Source: an uncultured Candidatus Binatia bacterium
Lineage (GTDB): Bacteria; Desulfobacterota; Binatia; Bin18
Direction of reading: 5' to 3'
DNA length: 64,000 nt
NCBI GenBank assembly: GCA_965200965.1
Contig: OZ241744.1
Location: 3,232,001 to 3,296,000 of the forward strand
Positions 28,004 to 38,286 of this stretch are shown piece after piece. Made by a program: the position numbers and the translations under genes. Under the pieces are notes generated by a model. The model was not told the origin of the DNA. It worked only from the letters and a program-made list of their open reading frames with translations, and made no database searches. Positions within the stretch are counted from its first letter, which is position 1. The number at the start of each line of letters is the position of its first letter.

Positions 28004-28993
28004 TCAGTAGGTTGATTCGGGTTGTGCGTCGTTGATCTCGACAGTATAGCGTCCGGCCAGAATGTCGGCCTTGAGCTGCTTGACCCTGGCCTTGGCCGCG
28101 GCAGGGATGCGGTCCTCGAACTCGTAATAGGGGGCAAGCCTGGCCCCGCCCCGCCGCATCATGCTCCATTCCCGGTAGTCGGCAGCCTTGAAACGGCCCT
28201 CCCTGACCGCTCGAATGGCCTGGCTGATGGCGGCATTCATATCCCACACCGCGGAGGTGACCACCACGTTGTGGCCGTTTTCCTCTTTGTTCATGTCGTT
28301 GACATTGCCGAAGGCGATCAGGCCGTGCTCGCCGGCGGCCTCGACCACGCCGGTACGCTCGGCGTACAGTGCGTCAACGCCGGCTGTGATCTGGGCCAGG
28401 GCGGCCGCCTTGGCCTTGGGTGGGTCATACCAGGAGTTGATAAAGGCCACCTTGAACTCGACCTGGGGGTTGACCGAGCGGGCACCGTTCATAAAGGCGT
28501 GAAACAGACGGTTGACCTCGCCGACTGGGTAGCCACCGACCATGCCGAGCCGGTTTGATTTGGTCATGGCACCGGCCAGGACGCCCATCAGGTAGCACGG
28601 TTCGTGGAGCCAGTTGTCGAAAACCGCAAAGTTGGCTCCGTGCGGCTCAAAGGGGTCGCCCATCAGGAAGGCGACCTGGGGGTAGGCGTCGGCCAGCCGG
28701 CGGGCCTCCTGGCTGAGACCAAAGGTTTCGCCTACGATCAGCCTGACGCCGCTCTCGGCGTAGTCGCCGAGCACGCGAATATAGTCGGCGGTCAAGACCT
28801 GCTCCGAAAAGACATATTTGATCTCGCCGCGAGCCGCGGCCTCAGTCAATGCCTGGTGCAGACGGGCGTCCCATTTCTGATGAATCGGCTGGGTGTAGAC
28901 GCCGGCGACTGTAATCGGGTCGGCCGCGGCCCTGTGGCTATCGAAGGCAGTCAGCGCGACCACGGCGAGGGCCGCGGCAAAAATCCTGGACAT
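28004..28993 (-). CDS. BMP family ABC transporter substrate-binding protein
   Basis: YL.G.LAG.MTKSN.LG.VGG, F..GA..VNP, SWYDP.KA; signal peptide; no permease adjacent. Confidence 0.88.
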   Translation of the reverse strand: MSRIFAAALAVVALTAFDSHRAAADPITVAGVYTQPIHQKWDARLHQALTEAAARGEIKYVFSEQVLTADYIRVLGDYAESGVRLIVGETFGLSQEARRLADAYPQVAFLMGDPFEPHGANFAVFDNWLHEPCYLMGVLAGAMTKSNRLGMVGGYPVGEVNRLFHAFMNGARSVNPQVEFKVAFINSWYDPPKAKAAALAQITAGVDALYAERTGVVEAAGEHGLIAFGNVNDMNKEENGHNVVVTSAVWDMNAAISQAIRAVREGRFKAADYREWSMMRRGGARLAPYYEFEDRIPAAAKARVKQLKADILAGRYTVEINDAQPESTY

Positions 28994-29003
28994 GGCTCCG
29001 AGT

Positions 29004-29444
29004 TCAGGCGGCCTTGGTGCGGGTAAACGTCACCTCGCCGACCTCAGGGCCGCTCAGCACGACGAGCAGGTGGCCGTCTTTGTCACCGATATTGCGGAAG
29101 CCCTCGTTGGTTCGGGCGGGAAAGGATATCGTGTCCCAGGGGCCGAGCTTGACCTCGTGCTCGCCGTTCTCCCCCCAGAAAAACGTCCACTGACCGTCCA
29201 TGACCACAAACACCTCCGGCTTGGGATGGCTGTGTAGGGGAGCCCCCTTGCCTGGGCTGACTTTGTTGATGGCCATGTAGAAACCGTGGTCGCCGGCAAT
29301 AGGCGACTTAGTCTTGCCGGCCTTGCCGATCAGGGCATAGCCCTGGGTGCCGTCCGGCCTGTAGTCCTTGATGAAGCTGGAGTAGTCAATCGGTTTGAGT
29401 TCAGCAAAACGCGCCACCGTGGTGCTCATGGGTGTTGAAGCCAT
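29004..29444 (-). CDS. Cupin domain protein
   Basis: PG.GAPLHSH...EVF, L.PWD.IS.P, F.N. Confidence 0.85.
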   Translation of the reverse strand: MASTPMSTTVARFAELKPIDYSSFIKDYRPDGTQGYALIGKAGKTKSPIAGDHGFYMAINKVSPGKGAPLHSHPKPEVFVVMDGQWTFFWGENGEHEVKLGPWDTISFPARTNEGFRNIGDKDGHLLVVLSGPEVGEVTFTRTKAA

Positions 29445-29613
29445 ACTGTCCCTCCTTGCTGTGACATTGGGCGACAGCATGGAACATCTGGCCGGGCGGT
29501 GTCAAGACATGGCCGCCCGGCCCAGGCAGCGATCAAGGTTGGCGAGTCATGCCTCGCGCCGTCTGTTCCATCAGCACCGATCGTACACCGGCTGACCTTT
29601 GCGGCACGCCCGT

Positions 29614-30099
29614 CTACCGCCCCATTTTGAGACGATCTTCCTGGGCCCAGCCCTCTTTCAGCGGCACGGTGAAGTACGGGGTGAGGTGCATTTTTTTGAA
29701 CTTCCAGCGGCCGTTCTCCTTGGCGTACTCGTCGGCGTAGCGGGCGGCCACTAGGTAGGGCTCACCCTTGGAAATCGTTTTGGCTTCGAGGTAGCTCAAG
29801 CCGGTCCCGGTGTCCTCCTTAAGTTCAACGGCGTGGTTGTGGACGAACTGCTTGACAAACGACAGGAGATGGGAGACGCCGCCGAAAAATGTGGTCAACT
29901 CCTCCCGGCCGTGCGCTTTGCCCAGATAACCAAAATCCAGGTCGCCGTCTTTGGTAAATAGAGCGGGAATCTCGGCCAACTTCCCTTCGTTGATACACTC
30001 GTGATAACGATAGCGCAGTGCCCGGACCGCCTCGCGGTCCTGCAATGCCTGCACCTGGGCTTCCAGGGCTTGAATGCGGGCTTCGAGATCGTGTGCCAT
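29614..30099 (-). CDS. SnoaL/NTF2-like (LinA-like) protein
   Basis: L.DRE...L..RY, LFT.DG, Y.DEY....GRW.F. Confidence 0.85.
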   Translation of the reverse strand: MAHDLEARIQALEAQVQALQDREAVRALRYRYHECINEGKLAEIPALFTKDGDLDFGYLGKAHGREELTTFFGGVSHLLSFVKQFVHNHAVELKEDTGTGLSYLEAKTISKGEPYLVAARYADEYAKENGRWKFKKMHLTPYFTVPLKEGWAQEDRLKMGR

Positions 30100-30180
30100 A
30101 ATCCTCTCTCCTCGTGTGTCGGACGAATACGGACCCCGGTCTGTACAACGCCCTGGGCCGCTGTGGGGTCAGCGCCGGCT

Positions 30181-31245
30181 TCAGGCGTAATGGCTGCGCC
30201 GTTTGGCCACCATCTCGCGCTCCAGATAGAACACTTCGCGCCGGTCCCAGCCGCCGTCTTTTTCCACAAATTTATGGCCGCGCAGGATCGTTGCCACAAT
30301 ACCCAGGTCGGGCCGGCCGGGATAGTCGCGCCGGTCGCTGATCTCGGTGGAGGCAAACACGGTATCGCCGACAAACACCGGGCCGGTATGACGGCCGCGG
30401 GGATAGATCATATCGCCGACGGCGTTGTCGCCTATGTCGGGGCAGGACAGCCCTAGGCACAGGTTAAATACCAGGCCGCCGTAGACGATCAGCCGTCCAC
30501 CGATATATCTGGTCGGATTCTGGTCAATCAGGTGCTGGTTGGTGTGGACCTGAGAAGTGTTGTCGAGCATGGCGGTGAGGGCCATGTGGCTGGCAGTCAC
30601 GGTCCTGCCCCGCGAGTGCTCAATAGTCTGAGCGGGGGTCAGGTCCTCAAAATAGGTATCGGCGTTGCTCAGGTGCGCCAAGCTGGGATAGTCCCGGCTC
30701 GCGTCATAGGCCGGTACGCCCAACTCGCATCGAATTTCTGGAATAGCCGCCAACTCGCCGGCCTCAACCGGTGCGTCGGTATCTTTCCAGACCTGGACCT
30801 TGCGGCGCAGGGTCAGTACGACCTCGTTGTTCTGGTTGCGACCGGTGGTCTGCACATGAACAACCCCCCGGTCCGGGTCACGCGACGAGGGCGTGAGGCC
30901 GATGATGTGGGTCTCGACCTCAATTGTATCACCAATATACACCGGTGTGCCAAAGCGTATGTCCTGATACTCCAAGTTGGCCCGGGCATTCTCGGAAATA
31001 TCCTCGACGCTCTGGCTGAAGACCATGTTCATGACCAGACCCGGCGGAGCAACCAAGCCGCGGTAGCCGTAGCGGGTGGCGTAGCGCAGGTTTTTGGACA
31101 GGGGGTTGGTGGTCATGCCGAACTCGGTGAAGGCGTTAAACAGGCCCTCGGTGAGTGTCTTGCCGACCTTATGGCGAAAGTGCTGCCCGGTCCGAAAGTC
31201 TTCAAGGAAATTGCCGCGTTTCTTGCGGGTTGGCATGGCTAGCAT
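30181..31245 (-). CDS. Double-hotdog MaoC dehydratase, mesaconyl-CoA hydratase (Mch)-like
   Basis: GNF.EDF, S..DIS.NA.ANL.Y, YFED....T..H, PVF.GDTV.A; two hotdog domains. Confidence 0.8.
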   Translation of the reverse strand: MLAMPTRKKRGNFLEDFRTGQHFRHKVGKTLTEGLFNAFTEFGMTTNPLSKNLRYATRYGYRGLVAPPGLVMNMVFSQSVEDISENARANLEYQDIRFGTPVYIGDTIEVETHIIGLTPSSRDPDRGVVHVQTTGRNQNNEVVLTLRRKVQVWKDTDAPVEAGELAAIPEIRCELGVPAYDASRDYPSLAHLSNADTYFEDLTPAQTIEHSRGRTVTASHMALTAMLDNTSQVHTNQHLIDQNPTRYIGGRLIVYGGLVFNLCLGLSCPDIGDNAVGDMIYPRGRHTGPVFVGDTVFASTEISDRRDYPGRPDLGIVATILRGHKFVEKDGGWDRREVFYLEREMVAKRRSHYA

Positions 31246-31925
31246 CCCAGTGCGGACAGAAATTCCTGAAGGCTGCGTGTGGTCAGGTGCAGATACATGT
31301 TGTGTTTTTTCTGGTTGCCCAGCGTATCGGACGGCTGGCCGCCATAGTTGTGGCCGGGAAACAGCTTGGTCTCGTCCACGAGTTTTGAGAGTGTCTGCAA
31401 GCTGTGGTACATGTCCTCCGGGCTGCTGCCGGGCAGGTCAACCCGACCGCACGAGTTGATGAACAGGGTGTCCCCGGCTACCAAGCTGTGGCCGATCAAA
31501 AAACACTGCGAGCCTGGAGTGTGGCCGGGGGTGTGAATGAATGTGACTGCTATGTTGCCGACCTGGGTGGTATCGCCGCCCTCCACTTTGACCAAGTCGG
31601 AGTCGGACAGCCCGGCGATCCGGTGCAGGAACTCGGCCTCGGCCTTATGAATATAGACTTTGGCCTTGACCTGATTGAGCAGTTCGGCCGCGCCTTGAAT
31701 ATGGTGGCCGGAAAACTCGCCGCCCAGATGGTCTTGATGATAGTGGCTGACCAGGGCTTTGCCGATCGTGTAGCCGTCCTGTTGGGCGATATTGACTAGG
31801 GCCGGAATATCCCACGCCGCATCAATTACCAGCGCCTCGCGGGTCTGTGGGTCGCCGATAATATAGGCGAAGTTCTGCATCGGCCCGATTTCAATCTGCT
31901 TGAAATAGAGAGGCATTTCAGCCAT
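31239..31925 (-). CDS. MBL-fold hydrolase (glyoxalase II-like)
   Basis: SHYHQDH, HTPGHTPGS, GDTLF, PGHNY. Confidence 0.88.
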   Translation of the reverse strand: MAEMPLYFKQIEIGPMQNFAYIIGDPQTREALVIDAAWDIPALVNIAQQDGYTIGKALVSHYHQDHLGGEFSGHHIQGAAELLNQVKAKVYIHKAEAEFLHRIAGLSDSDLVKVEGGDTTQVGNIAVTFIHTPGHTPGSQCFLIGHSLVAGDTLFINSCGRVDLPGSSPEDMYHSLQTLSKLVDETKLFPGHNYGGQPSDTLGNQKKHNMYLHLTTRSLQEFLSALGC

Positions 31926-32568
31926 TACTCGGCCTTTCTCCTTTGGGCTCGGGTGTCGTGGTCCTGGCCCGGTCGTGGCCGCGCAGGCCTCGCTCCCACA
32001 GATACTCCGGCTCGCCCAGGTGGGTACTCACCCAGCGCGACAGCACAAACAGCAGGTCGCTCAGCCGGTTGAGGTATTTCAACGGCCAGGGACTGAGGGT
32101 TTCTTCCCGTGACAGCCGGACAAGGTCGCGCTCCGCCCGCCGACAGACGGTCCGTGCCTGGTGCAGAAAGCCGCCGACTTTTCCGCCGCCGGGCAGGACA
32201 AAAGAGTTCAGCGGTTCCAGGTCTTTCTGGAGCCGGTCAATCGTCCGCTCCAAAGCCCTGACTTCCCGTGAGCCGGCCCGAAACATGCCCTGGTAGGAAA
32301 AATCCGGCGGGGTGGCCAGCTCGCTGCCCAGGTCAAAGAGTTGGTTTTGCAGCCGGCGGAAAATCTGCTCCAGGGCTTTGGACGCTCTGAGGCTGTCTTT
32401 GAGTTCGTCGTTAAAGACCCGAGCCAGTCCAATGACGGCGTTCAGTTCATCAACTGTACCGTAGGCTTCAACCCGGGCGGCGTCTTTGGCGACTTTCTGA
32501 CCGCCGACCAGCCTAGTGAAGCCGGTGTCGCCGCTGCGGGTGTAGACCTTGGTAATGCGAATCGCCAT
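31918..32568 (-). CDS. Cob(I)alamin adenosyltransferase, PduO type
   Basis: KVYTRSGD.G.T.L, YGTVDELN, ARTVCRRAER, YLNRLSDLLF. Confidence 0.93.
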   Translation of the reverse strand: MAIRITKVYTRSGDTGFTRLVGGQKVAKDAARVEAYGTVDELNAVIGLARVFNDELKDSLRASKALEQIFRRLQNQLFDLGSELATPPDFSYQGMFRAGSREVRALERTIDRLQKDLEPLNSFVLPGGGKVGGFLHQARTVCRRAERDLVRLSREETLSPWPLKYLNRLSDLLFVLSRWVSTHLGEPEYLWERGLRGHDRARTTTPEPKGERPSNG

Positions 32569-34313
32569 TACATGCCAAGCCGATGTTTCAGCGATGTGTG
32601 TTCTTGCCACATGGCCTGCGGCATACGATCCCCGAACTGGCTAAAGAATTCCTGCTGGCCCTCGGTGGCGTGCTGCCAGCCCTCGCGGTCAACCGCCAGG
32701 AGTTCTTCTATGATCTCTGGGGTCACATTCAAACCGCTGGTGTCGATGTCTTTGGCGTAGGGCAGATAGCCAATCTCGGTTTCACGAGCGTCAGCCTCGC
32801 CGTGGACGCGGCTCAGCACCCAGCGCAGGGCACGCAGGTTTTCGCCAAAGCCGGGCCACAGATAGTTGTGGTTTTCGGACATGCGAAACCAGTTGACGCG
32901 AAAAATTTTGGGCGGGTTGGCGATCCGGGCACCCATGGCCATCCAGTGGCCAAAATAATCGCCCATGTTGTAGCCGCAGAAGGGCAGCATGGCCATTGGA
33001 TCACGCCGGATCACCCCGACTTTGCCGGTGGCCGCAGCGGTGGTCTCGGATGCCATGGTCGAGCCCAGAAAGACGCCGTGCTGCCAACTCAAGGACTGAA
33101 AAATCAGGGGGATCAGGTCGGCCCGCCGACCGCCAAATAAAATAGCCGAAATCGGTACGCCCTGGGGGTTCTCCCACTCTGGTGATATCACCGGACACTG
33201 ACGCGCTGGGGTGGTGAAACGGGAGTTGGGATGGGCGGCCTTGGTCTCGCTGGCCGGGGTCCACGGCCGGCCCTGCCAGTCCAGGGCTTCAATTGGGGCT
33301 GGGCCGTCCATACCTTCCCAGTAGGGACAGCCGTCCGGGGTCAGGGCCACATTGGTAAACAGGGAGTTGGAGCCGACCGTGGCGATCATATTAGGGTTGG
33401 TGTGGGAGTTGGTGCCCGGCGCGACGCCAAAAAAGCCGGCCTCTGGGTTAATCGCCCACAGCCGCCCGTCGGGACCGATATTCATCCACGAGATATCGTC
33501 CCCGACCGTCCAGACTTTATAGCCCCGCTGGCTGCCCGGTGGGACGAGCATGGCCAGATTGGTTTTCCCACAGGCGCTCGGAAAGGCGGCCGCCATATAG
33601 GTCGTGCGGCCGCTCGGCTCTTCAATGCCGATAATCAGCATATGCTCGGCCAGCCAGCCCTCTTCGCGTGCCATATAGCTGCCCAGTCGCAGGGCAAAAC
33701 ACTTTTTGCCCAGCAGCGCGTTGCCGCCGTAGCCAGAGCCGACCGACCAGATCGCCCGCTCTTCGGGGAAGTGCATGATATAGCGTCGGTCGGGGCTCAG
33801 GTCGCCTAGCGAGTGAAGTCCTTTGACATAGTTGTCGGACGAGCCGAGACGGGCCAGGGCGGCCTTGCCCATCCGGGTCATGATCCGCATACTGGCGGCC
33901 ACATACGGGCTATCGGTGATTTCCACCCCGAACTGGCTGTAGGGTGAGGCTTGGGGTCCCATGATGTAGGGCACCACATACATGGTGCGGCCTTTCATCG
34001 CCCCGCTGAACAGGGTACCGGCTGTCTCTTTGGCCTCAGCCGGCGGCATCCAGTTATTATTCGGACCGGCGTCTTGTTGCTCGGCGGTGTTGACAAAGGT
34101 GAGGTGTTCGGTCCGCGCGACATCGTTGGGGTCGCTGCGATGCAGGTAACAGTCGGGATACTTTTTGCGGTTGAGCTCAATCAGGGTGCCGGAATCAAGC
34201 ATCTCTTCGAGCAAGCTTTGGTTTTCTTGCTCAGAGCCGTCACACCAGTGGATACGCTTGGGTTTGGTCTGGGCGGCGGTTTCTTCAACCCACTGTTCTA
34301 AAGGTGTTGGCAT
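32568..34313 (-). CDS. pckG: Phosphoenolpyruvate carboxykinase (GTP)
   Basis: GYGGNALLGKKCFALR, FPSACGKTNLAM, VGDDI, HPNSRF, DPMAMLPFCGYN. Confidence 0.97.
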   Translation of the reverse strand: MPTPLEQWVEETAAQTKPKRIHWCDGSEQENQSLLEEMLDSGTLIELNRKKYPDCYLHRSDPNDVARTEHLTFVNTAEQQDAGPNNNWMPPAEAKETAGTLFSGAMKGRTMYVVPYIMGPQASPYSQFGVEITDSPYVAASMRIMTRMGKAALARLGSSDNYVKGLHSLGDLSPDRRYIMHFPEERAIWSVGSGYGGNALLGKKCFALRLGSYMAREEGWLAEHMLIIGIEEPSGRTTYMAAAFPSACGKTNLAMLVPPGSQRGYKVWTVGDDISWMNIGPDGRLWAINPEAGFFGVAPGTNSHTNPNMIATVGSNSLFTNVALTPDGCPYWEGMDGPAPIEALDWQGRPWTPASETKAAHPNSRFTTPARQCPVISPEWENPQGVPISAILFGGRRADLIPLIFQSLSWQHGVFLGSTMASETTAAATGKVGVIRRDPMAMLPFCGYNMGDYFGHWMAMGARIANPPKIFRVNWFRMSENHNYLWPGFGENLRALRWVLSRVHGEADARETEIGYLPYAKDIDTSGLNVTPEIIEELLAVDREGWQHATEGQQEFFSQFGDRMPQAMWQEHTSLKHRLGM

Positions 34314-34453
34314 GAATCTTGTCCTCTCTGCTTAGAGTTGGGATACACACGAAATTTGTGAGGGAGCCGTTTTATCCATCGCCCTGTAGGGCATCAAGAC
34401 AGGATACCACAGGCGGCAGCCAAAGCGAATGGTGAGAGGATGGGAAAGGACTG

Positions 34454-35938
34454 CTATTGCGTCGGGTGTGTGGGACGACAGCGTTGCAGGATGATTTCCT
34501 TGAGTTTCTCTGGATCGAGCGGTTTTTTGAACACTACTTCCTGCAAACCTTCGAGCTTGCTACGCTTGATAACATGGTCTCTGTCAAAGAAATAGGCCGT
34601 CATCAGGACAACCGGGATATCGGGAAAGCGCTCCCGGACCTCCATATATAGGTCATAGCCGTCAAGGTCGGGCATGACCACATCGCTGATGACGAGATTG
34701 ACCATTTTGTAGGTCAGGATGTTGAGCGCCGGCAGGCCGCCTGTGGCGACTTCGACCTGCGCGCCGTCTTCCTGCAAGACGTCGCGCAACGAGTAACACA
34801 CGCCCAGATCGTCATCGACGACCAGAATCGTCAGACCGGCCAAATCCTGGCTGGGCGCTTTCTGGTGACTGTGGTGGGGGGCGATAATCTGCTCGTCACG
34901 GCCGAGGTCGGCCATCCGCGAACCGTGGAGGTATTCGGTGGTATCGTAGCGTGCACCGTGGGCCATCTCGTCAATACGGCCAATAATCGTCCGAATCTTC
35001 AACATCTCGCGCTGGATAGACTCCACCCGCTCCTCCTGGACGACGTATTCTTCGTCGGGGAAGGTCTGGGCCATGTGTTTGTTGAGGACATCGAGGTTGT
35101 TGAAAACGATCTCCAGCGGATTGTTAATCCGGTGGGCCAGCCCAACCGCCAACTCGCCCAGGGTAGCCAGTTGGTCACGCCGGCGGATGTCGCGCAGATC
35201 CTTGATAAAGCCGACCGAGCCGACCTCATAGCCCCTGCTGTCATAGATGAGCGAGCCGGAGATGGAGGCCGGAATGTGCTCGCCGTTTTTGCACACCAGG
35301 GCTATCTCAAAGTTTTTGACCTTGCCCTTTTCGCCGCTCTCTTCACTCCGCATGGCTTCCATGACACGGCGCGCTTCCTCCAGGCTGGGATAAATCGTCG
35401 GCCACACCCGCTTGCCGTGGATTTCGGCCGAGGTATAGCCCAGGGTTTGATGCGCACCGTCATTGTAGAAGACGATCTGACCCCTGCGGTCCACCGCAAT
35501 GACGATATCGAGCGAGCTTTCGAGCAGACGCTCGAAGTATTCCGGGGGTAGGTGGATCCCTCGCATGTCGCGATGGAAACCGATTGAGCCGATCTCCTCT
35601 CCCCGCTCGTTATAGATGAGCGAGCCGGAGAACGAGACAGGAATCTGTTGCCCGTTCTTGGCCACCAGCATGGTCTCAAAGTTTTTGACCTTGCCCTTTT
35701 CGTCAAACTCCTCGCCACGCAGCGCCTCCAAGACTCGCCGGGCTTCGGTCAGGTCGGGATACAGCATTACCCGATGGCCACGGCGATGTGCCTCCCGCAA
35801 CTCCTCAAAGGTATAGCCCAGGGTCTTGCTTGCGCCGTCGTTGTAGAAGATGATTTGGCCTCTGCGATCAACGGCGATCACGATGTCGGGGAAGCTTTCG
35901 AGAAGATGTTCGAAGTACACCGGAGGAAGCTGGAACAT
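34454..35938 (-). CDS. PAS-PAS-HisKA-like-REC signalling protein without HATPase domain
   Basis: Two near-identical PAS repeats, LAHRINNPL H-box, then receiver domain (VVDDD, SDVVMP, T, KP). Confidence 0.85.
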   Translation of the reverse strand: MFQLPPVYFEHLLESFPDIVIAVDRRGQIIFYNDGASKTLGYTFEELREAHRRGHRVMLYPDLTEARRVLEALRGEEFDEKGKVKNFETMLVAKNGQQIPVSFSGSLIYNERGEEIGSIGFHRDMRGIHLPPEYFERLLESSLDIVIAVDRRGQIVFYNDGAHQTLGYTSAEIHGKRVWPTIYPSLEEARRVMEAMRSEESGEKGKVKNFEIALVCKNGEHIPASISGSLIYDSRGYEVGSVGFIKDLRDIRRRDQLATLGELAVGLAHRINNPLEIVFNNLDVLNKHMAQTFPDEEYVVQEERVESIQREMLKIRTIIGRIDEMAHGARYDTTEYLHGSRMADLGRDEQIIAPHHSHQKAPSQDLAGLTILVVDDDLGVCYSLRDVLQEDGAQVEVATGGLPALNILTYKMVNLVISDVVMPDLDGYDLYMEVRERFPDIPVVLMTAYFFDRDHVIKRSKLEGLQEVVFKKPLDPEKLKEIILQRCRPTHPTQ

Positions 35939-36083
35939 GAACAGATGCCCACTCTTTGGCCCGGTTCTGGGGTTGTTCGATCGTCTCGGTTACACTCGGT
36001 CTGTTGACCTTTTCTCTATGTTAGGCTCGGCTTTCCGTGATCGTCAAGACCTCCGGCACAATTGTCGATGTGAGAACGCCGCG

Positions 36084-36485
36084 ATGGTGGCCTGTGCGTT
36101 CGTCGTGTGTCTCAGCCTCAGCGGCTGCTACTGGCTCAAATACCCCAAGCTGATGCGGACCCACGTCGAACTCTTGCTGGCCATGACCGATAAAATGGGC
36201 AGCTTTTTGGAGGATGGCAGGGTCATTACGCCGGGAATGATGAACGAGTTTGTGTACCCCTTGGAGCGCGCCCAAGATTTTGTCCCAATTGTCAAACGTT
36301 TCTACGCCGGCCGGACCTCGCTCCAGCAGTTTGAACACTTGCTCGCCGTGTACGCCGGCTTGGTTGAGGAGACTGAGCGTCTGCGGATCCTGAAGGGAGA
36401 TCTGACCGACTTTCACGAGCGGGCCGAGTTGTTGCGCGAATGGGCGGGGCGGGTAGAGACGGCCTTAGTCAAAGAGGCAGCCTGA
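36084..36485 (+). CDS. Hypothetical lipoprotein
   Basis: Hydrophobic segment ending in LSGC lipobox; helical mature part; start uncertain. Confidence 0.6.
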   Translation: MVACAFVVCLSLSGCYWLKYPKLMRTHVELLLAMTDKMGSFLEDGRVITPGMMNEFVYPLERAQDFVPIVKRFYAGRTSLQQFEHLLAVYAGLVEETERLRILKGDLTDFHERAELLREWAGRVETALVKEAA

Positions 36486-37015
36486 CACGCCGAACGATGA
36501 GAGGGGTGTGAGTGGCTGTGGGCCGGAAGCTTGATTACCCGTTTCTCGTCGTCCAACTCAGCCAGCAACTCGGCAACCGTCCGCCGGAGGTGGGGATGAT
36601 AAAAGTCGGGGGCAATCTCACACAAGGGTTTGAGCACAAAACGCCGCTTGTGCAGTTCGGGGTGAGGGATGTGTAACTGAGGGGTGTTGATACGCTTGTC
36701 GTCAAAGAACAGGATATCGAGGTCCAGGGTACGCGAGGTCCAGTGCTCGGCCGAGCGCACACGGCCGAGCGCGCGTTCGATGGCTTGGAGGCGGTCGAGT
36801 AAAGCCCCGGCTACCAGTTCGGTGCGGATTTCGATCACCCCGTTCAGATACCAGTTCCGTGCCTCACCGAGCGGCTGGGTTTCATATCGGGAAGACTGAG
36901 CAACGATGGTGGTGGCGGGGAGGGCGGCAAGGTGCTTCACAGCGTGTCGGTAATGCGCCTGTCGATCGCCGAGATTGGAGCCTAGGGCGATAAAGACCTG
37001 GTGTGTCGTGCTCAT
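36413..37015 (-). CDS. folK: 2-amino-4-hydroxy-6-hydroxymethyldihydropteridine diphosphokinase
   Basis: ALGSNLGDR, YET.P, RTLDLDIL, IPHP....RFVL.PL. Confidence 0.94.
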   Translation of the reverse strand: MSTTHQVFIALGSNLGDRQAHYRHAVKHLAALPATTIVAQSSRYETQPLGEARNWYLNGVIEIRTELVAGALLDRLQAIERALGRVRSAEHWTSRTLDLDILFFDDKRINTPQLHIPHPELHKRRFVLKPLCEIAPDFYHPHLRRTVAELLAELDDEKRVIKLPAHSHSHPSHRSACQAASLTKAVSTRPAHSRNNSARS

Positions 37016-37076
37016 GACGCAAAGAGCGGTGTCCTGACTTCTTGGCGGCCGCTGTCTGCCCCGAAGGAGACCGCCC

Positions 37077-38286
37077 CTACAGTTCAAATGCCTGCACGGC
37101 TCGCTCGACAATCATCCGGCCGATCGCCAGCGAAGCGGTCGCACCGGGTGACGGAGCGTTCAGGACATGGAGCGCATTGCCAGTCTGGGAAATTACAAAG
37201 TCATCCACCAGCGCGCCGCTAGAGGCAATCGCCTGCGCCCGCACCCCGCTCCCGCCCGGCTGGAGGTCAGACTCAACTAGGTCTGGCAGCAGCCGTTGCA
37301 GGGCGCTGAGAAACGCCCGTTTGCTGAACGAGCGGTACATTTCCCCCAGGCCGGTCCGCCAATACTTGCGAGCCATGCCCCAAAAACCGGGGAAACTCAG
37401 GCTTTCTCGCGTATCGCGCCAGTTGAAGTCGGATTTGCGATAGCCCTCACGGGCCAGGGCCAAAACGGCGTTCGGGCCTGCCTCAACCATGCCGTCGATC
37501 GTCCGGGTGAAATGCACCCCAAGAAACGGCAGAGCCGGGTCGGGAACCGGATAAATAAGATTGTTCACCAGCCCGTTGACGCTGGGTCGCCAGGGTATAG
37601 TATTCGCCCCGAAAGGGGACGATTTGTAACTTGGGCTGCGCCCCGACCAAGCGCACCAAGCGGTCACAGAACAGCCCCCCGCAGTTGATCAGACAGGTGG
37701 TCTGAATGGCGTCGCCGGTGGTTTCCAGGACCAGCTTGCCCTGGGTGTGGCGCAGCGTCTGAACCTGATGGTTGAGCAGAATGTTGCCTCCGCGGTCGTG
37801 GACAAGTCGGGCATAGGTCTGCGCCACCCGGGAAAAATCGATAATGCCGGTGCTCGGCACCTGGAGCGCCCTCAGGCCGGTAGCGTGCGGTTCGAGCTCC
37901 TGTAAGCGTTCCGGCCCAATCATTGCCAAGCCCTGCACCCCGTTGGCCGTTCCGCGTCGGTGGAGTTCCTCAAGCCGGGGCAACTCGGCCGGCGAGGTGG
38001 CGACGACGACCTTGCCGCAGCGTTCGTAGGGAATGTCGTGTTGTTCACAAAAAGCGATCAAATCCTGGGCACCACGCACACAGGTCTGGGCTTTGAGGGA
38101 GCCGGGCCTGTAGTAGATGCCGGAGTGGATCACGCCGCTGTTGTGGCCGGTCTGGTGGCTGGCCAGCCGGTCTTCTTTCTCCACAATGGCGAGTTTCACC
38201 TGAGGCAGGCGTTGGGTGAGTGCCAGTCCGGTGGCCAGACCGATAATGCCTCCGCCAACAATGCTGACATCGAACTGCCGTGTCAT
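37077..38286 (-). pseudogene. lhgO: L-2-hydroxyglutarate oxidase LhgO with one +1 frameshift (pseudogene or sequencing error)
   Basis: GGGIIG, HQTGHNSGVIHSGIYY and FRGEY in one frame; LIYPVPDP, GVRAQA and NAPSP.AT in another. Extra base in CCC 37572-37574. Confidence 0.85.

Noticed and set aside
36413-36485. 73-bp convergent overlap of folK and the lipoprotein gene
   Set aside because: Most simply a lost folK stop giving a non-conserved tail; no sign of function.
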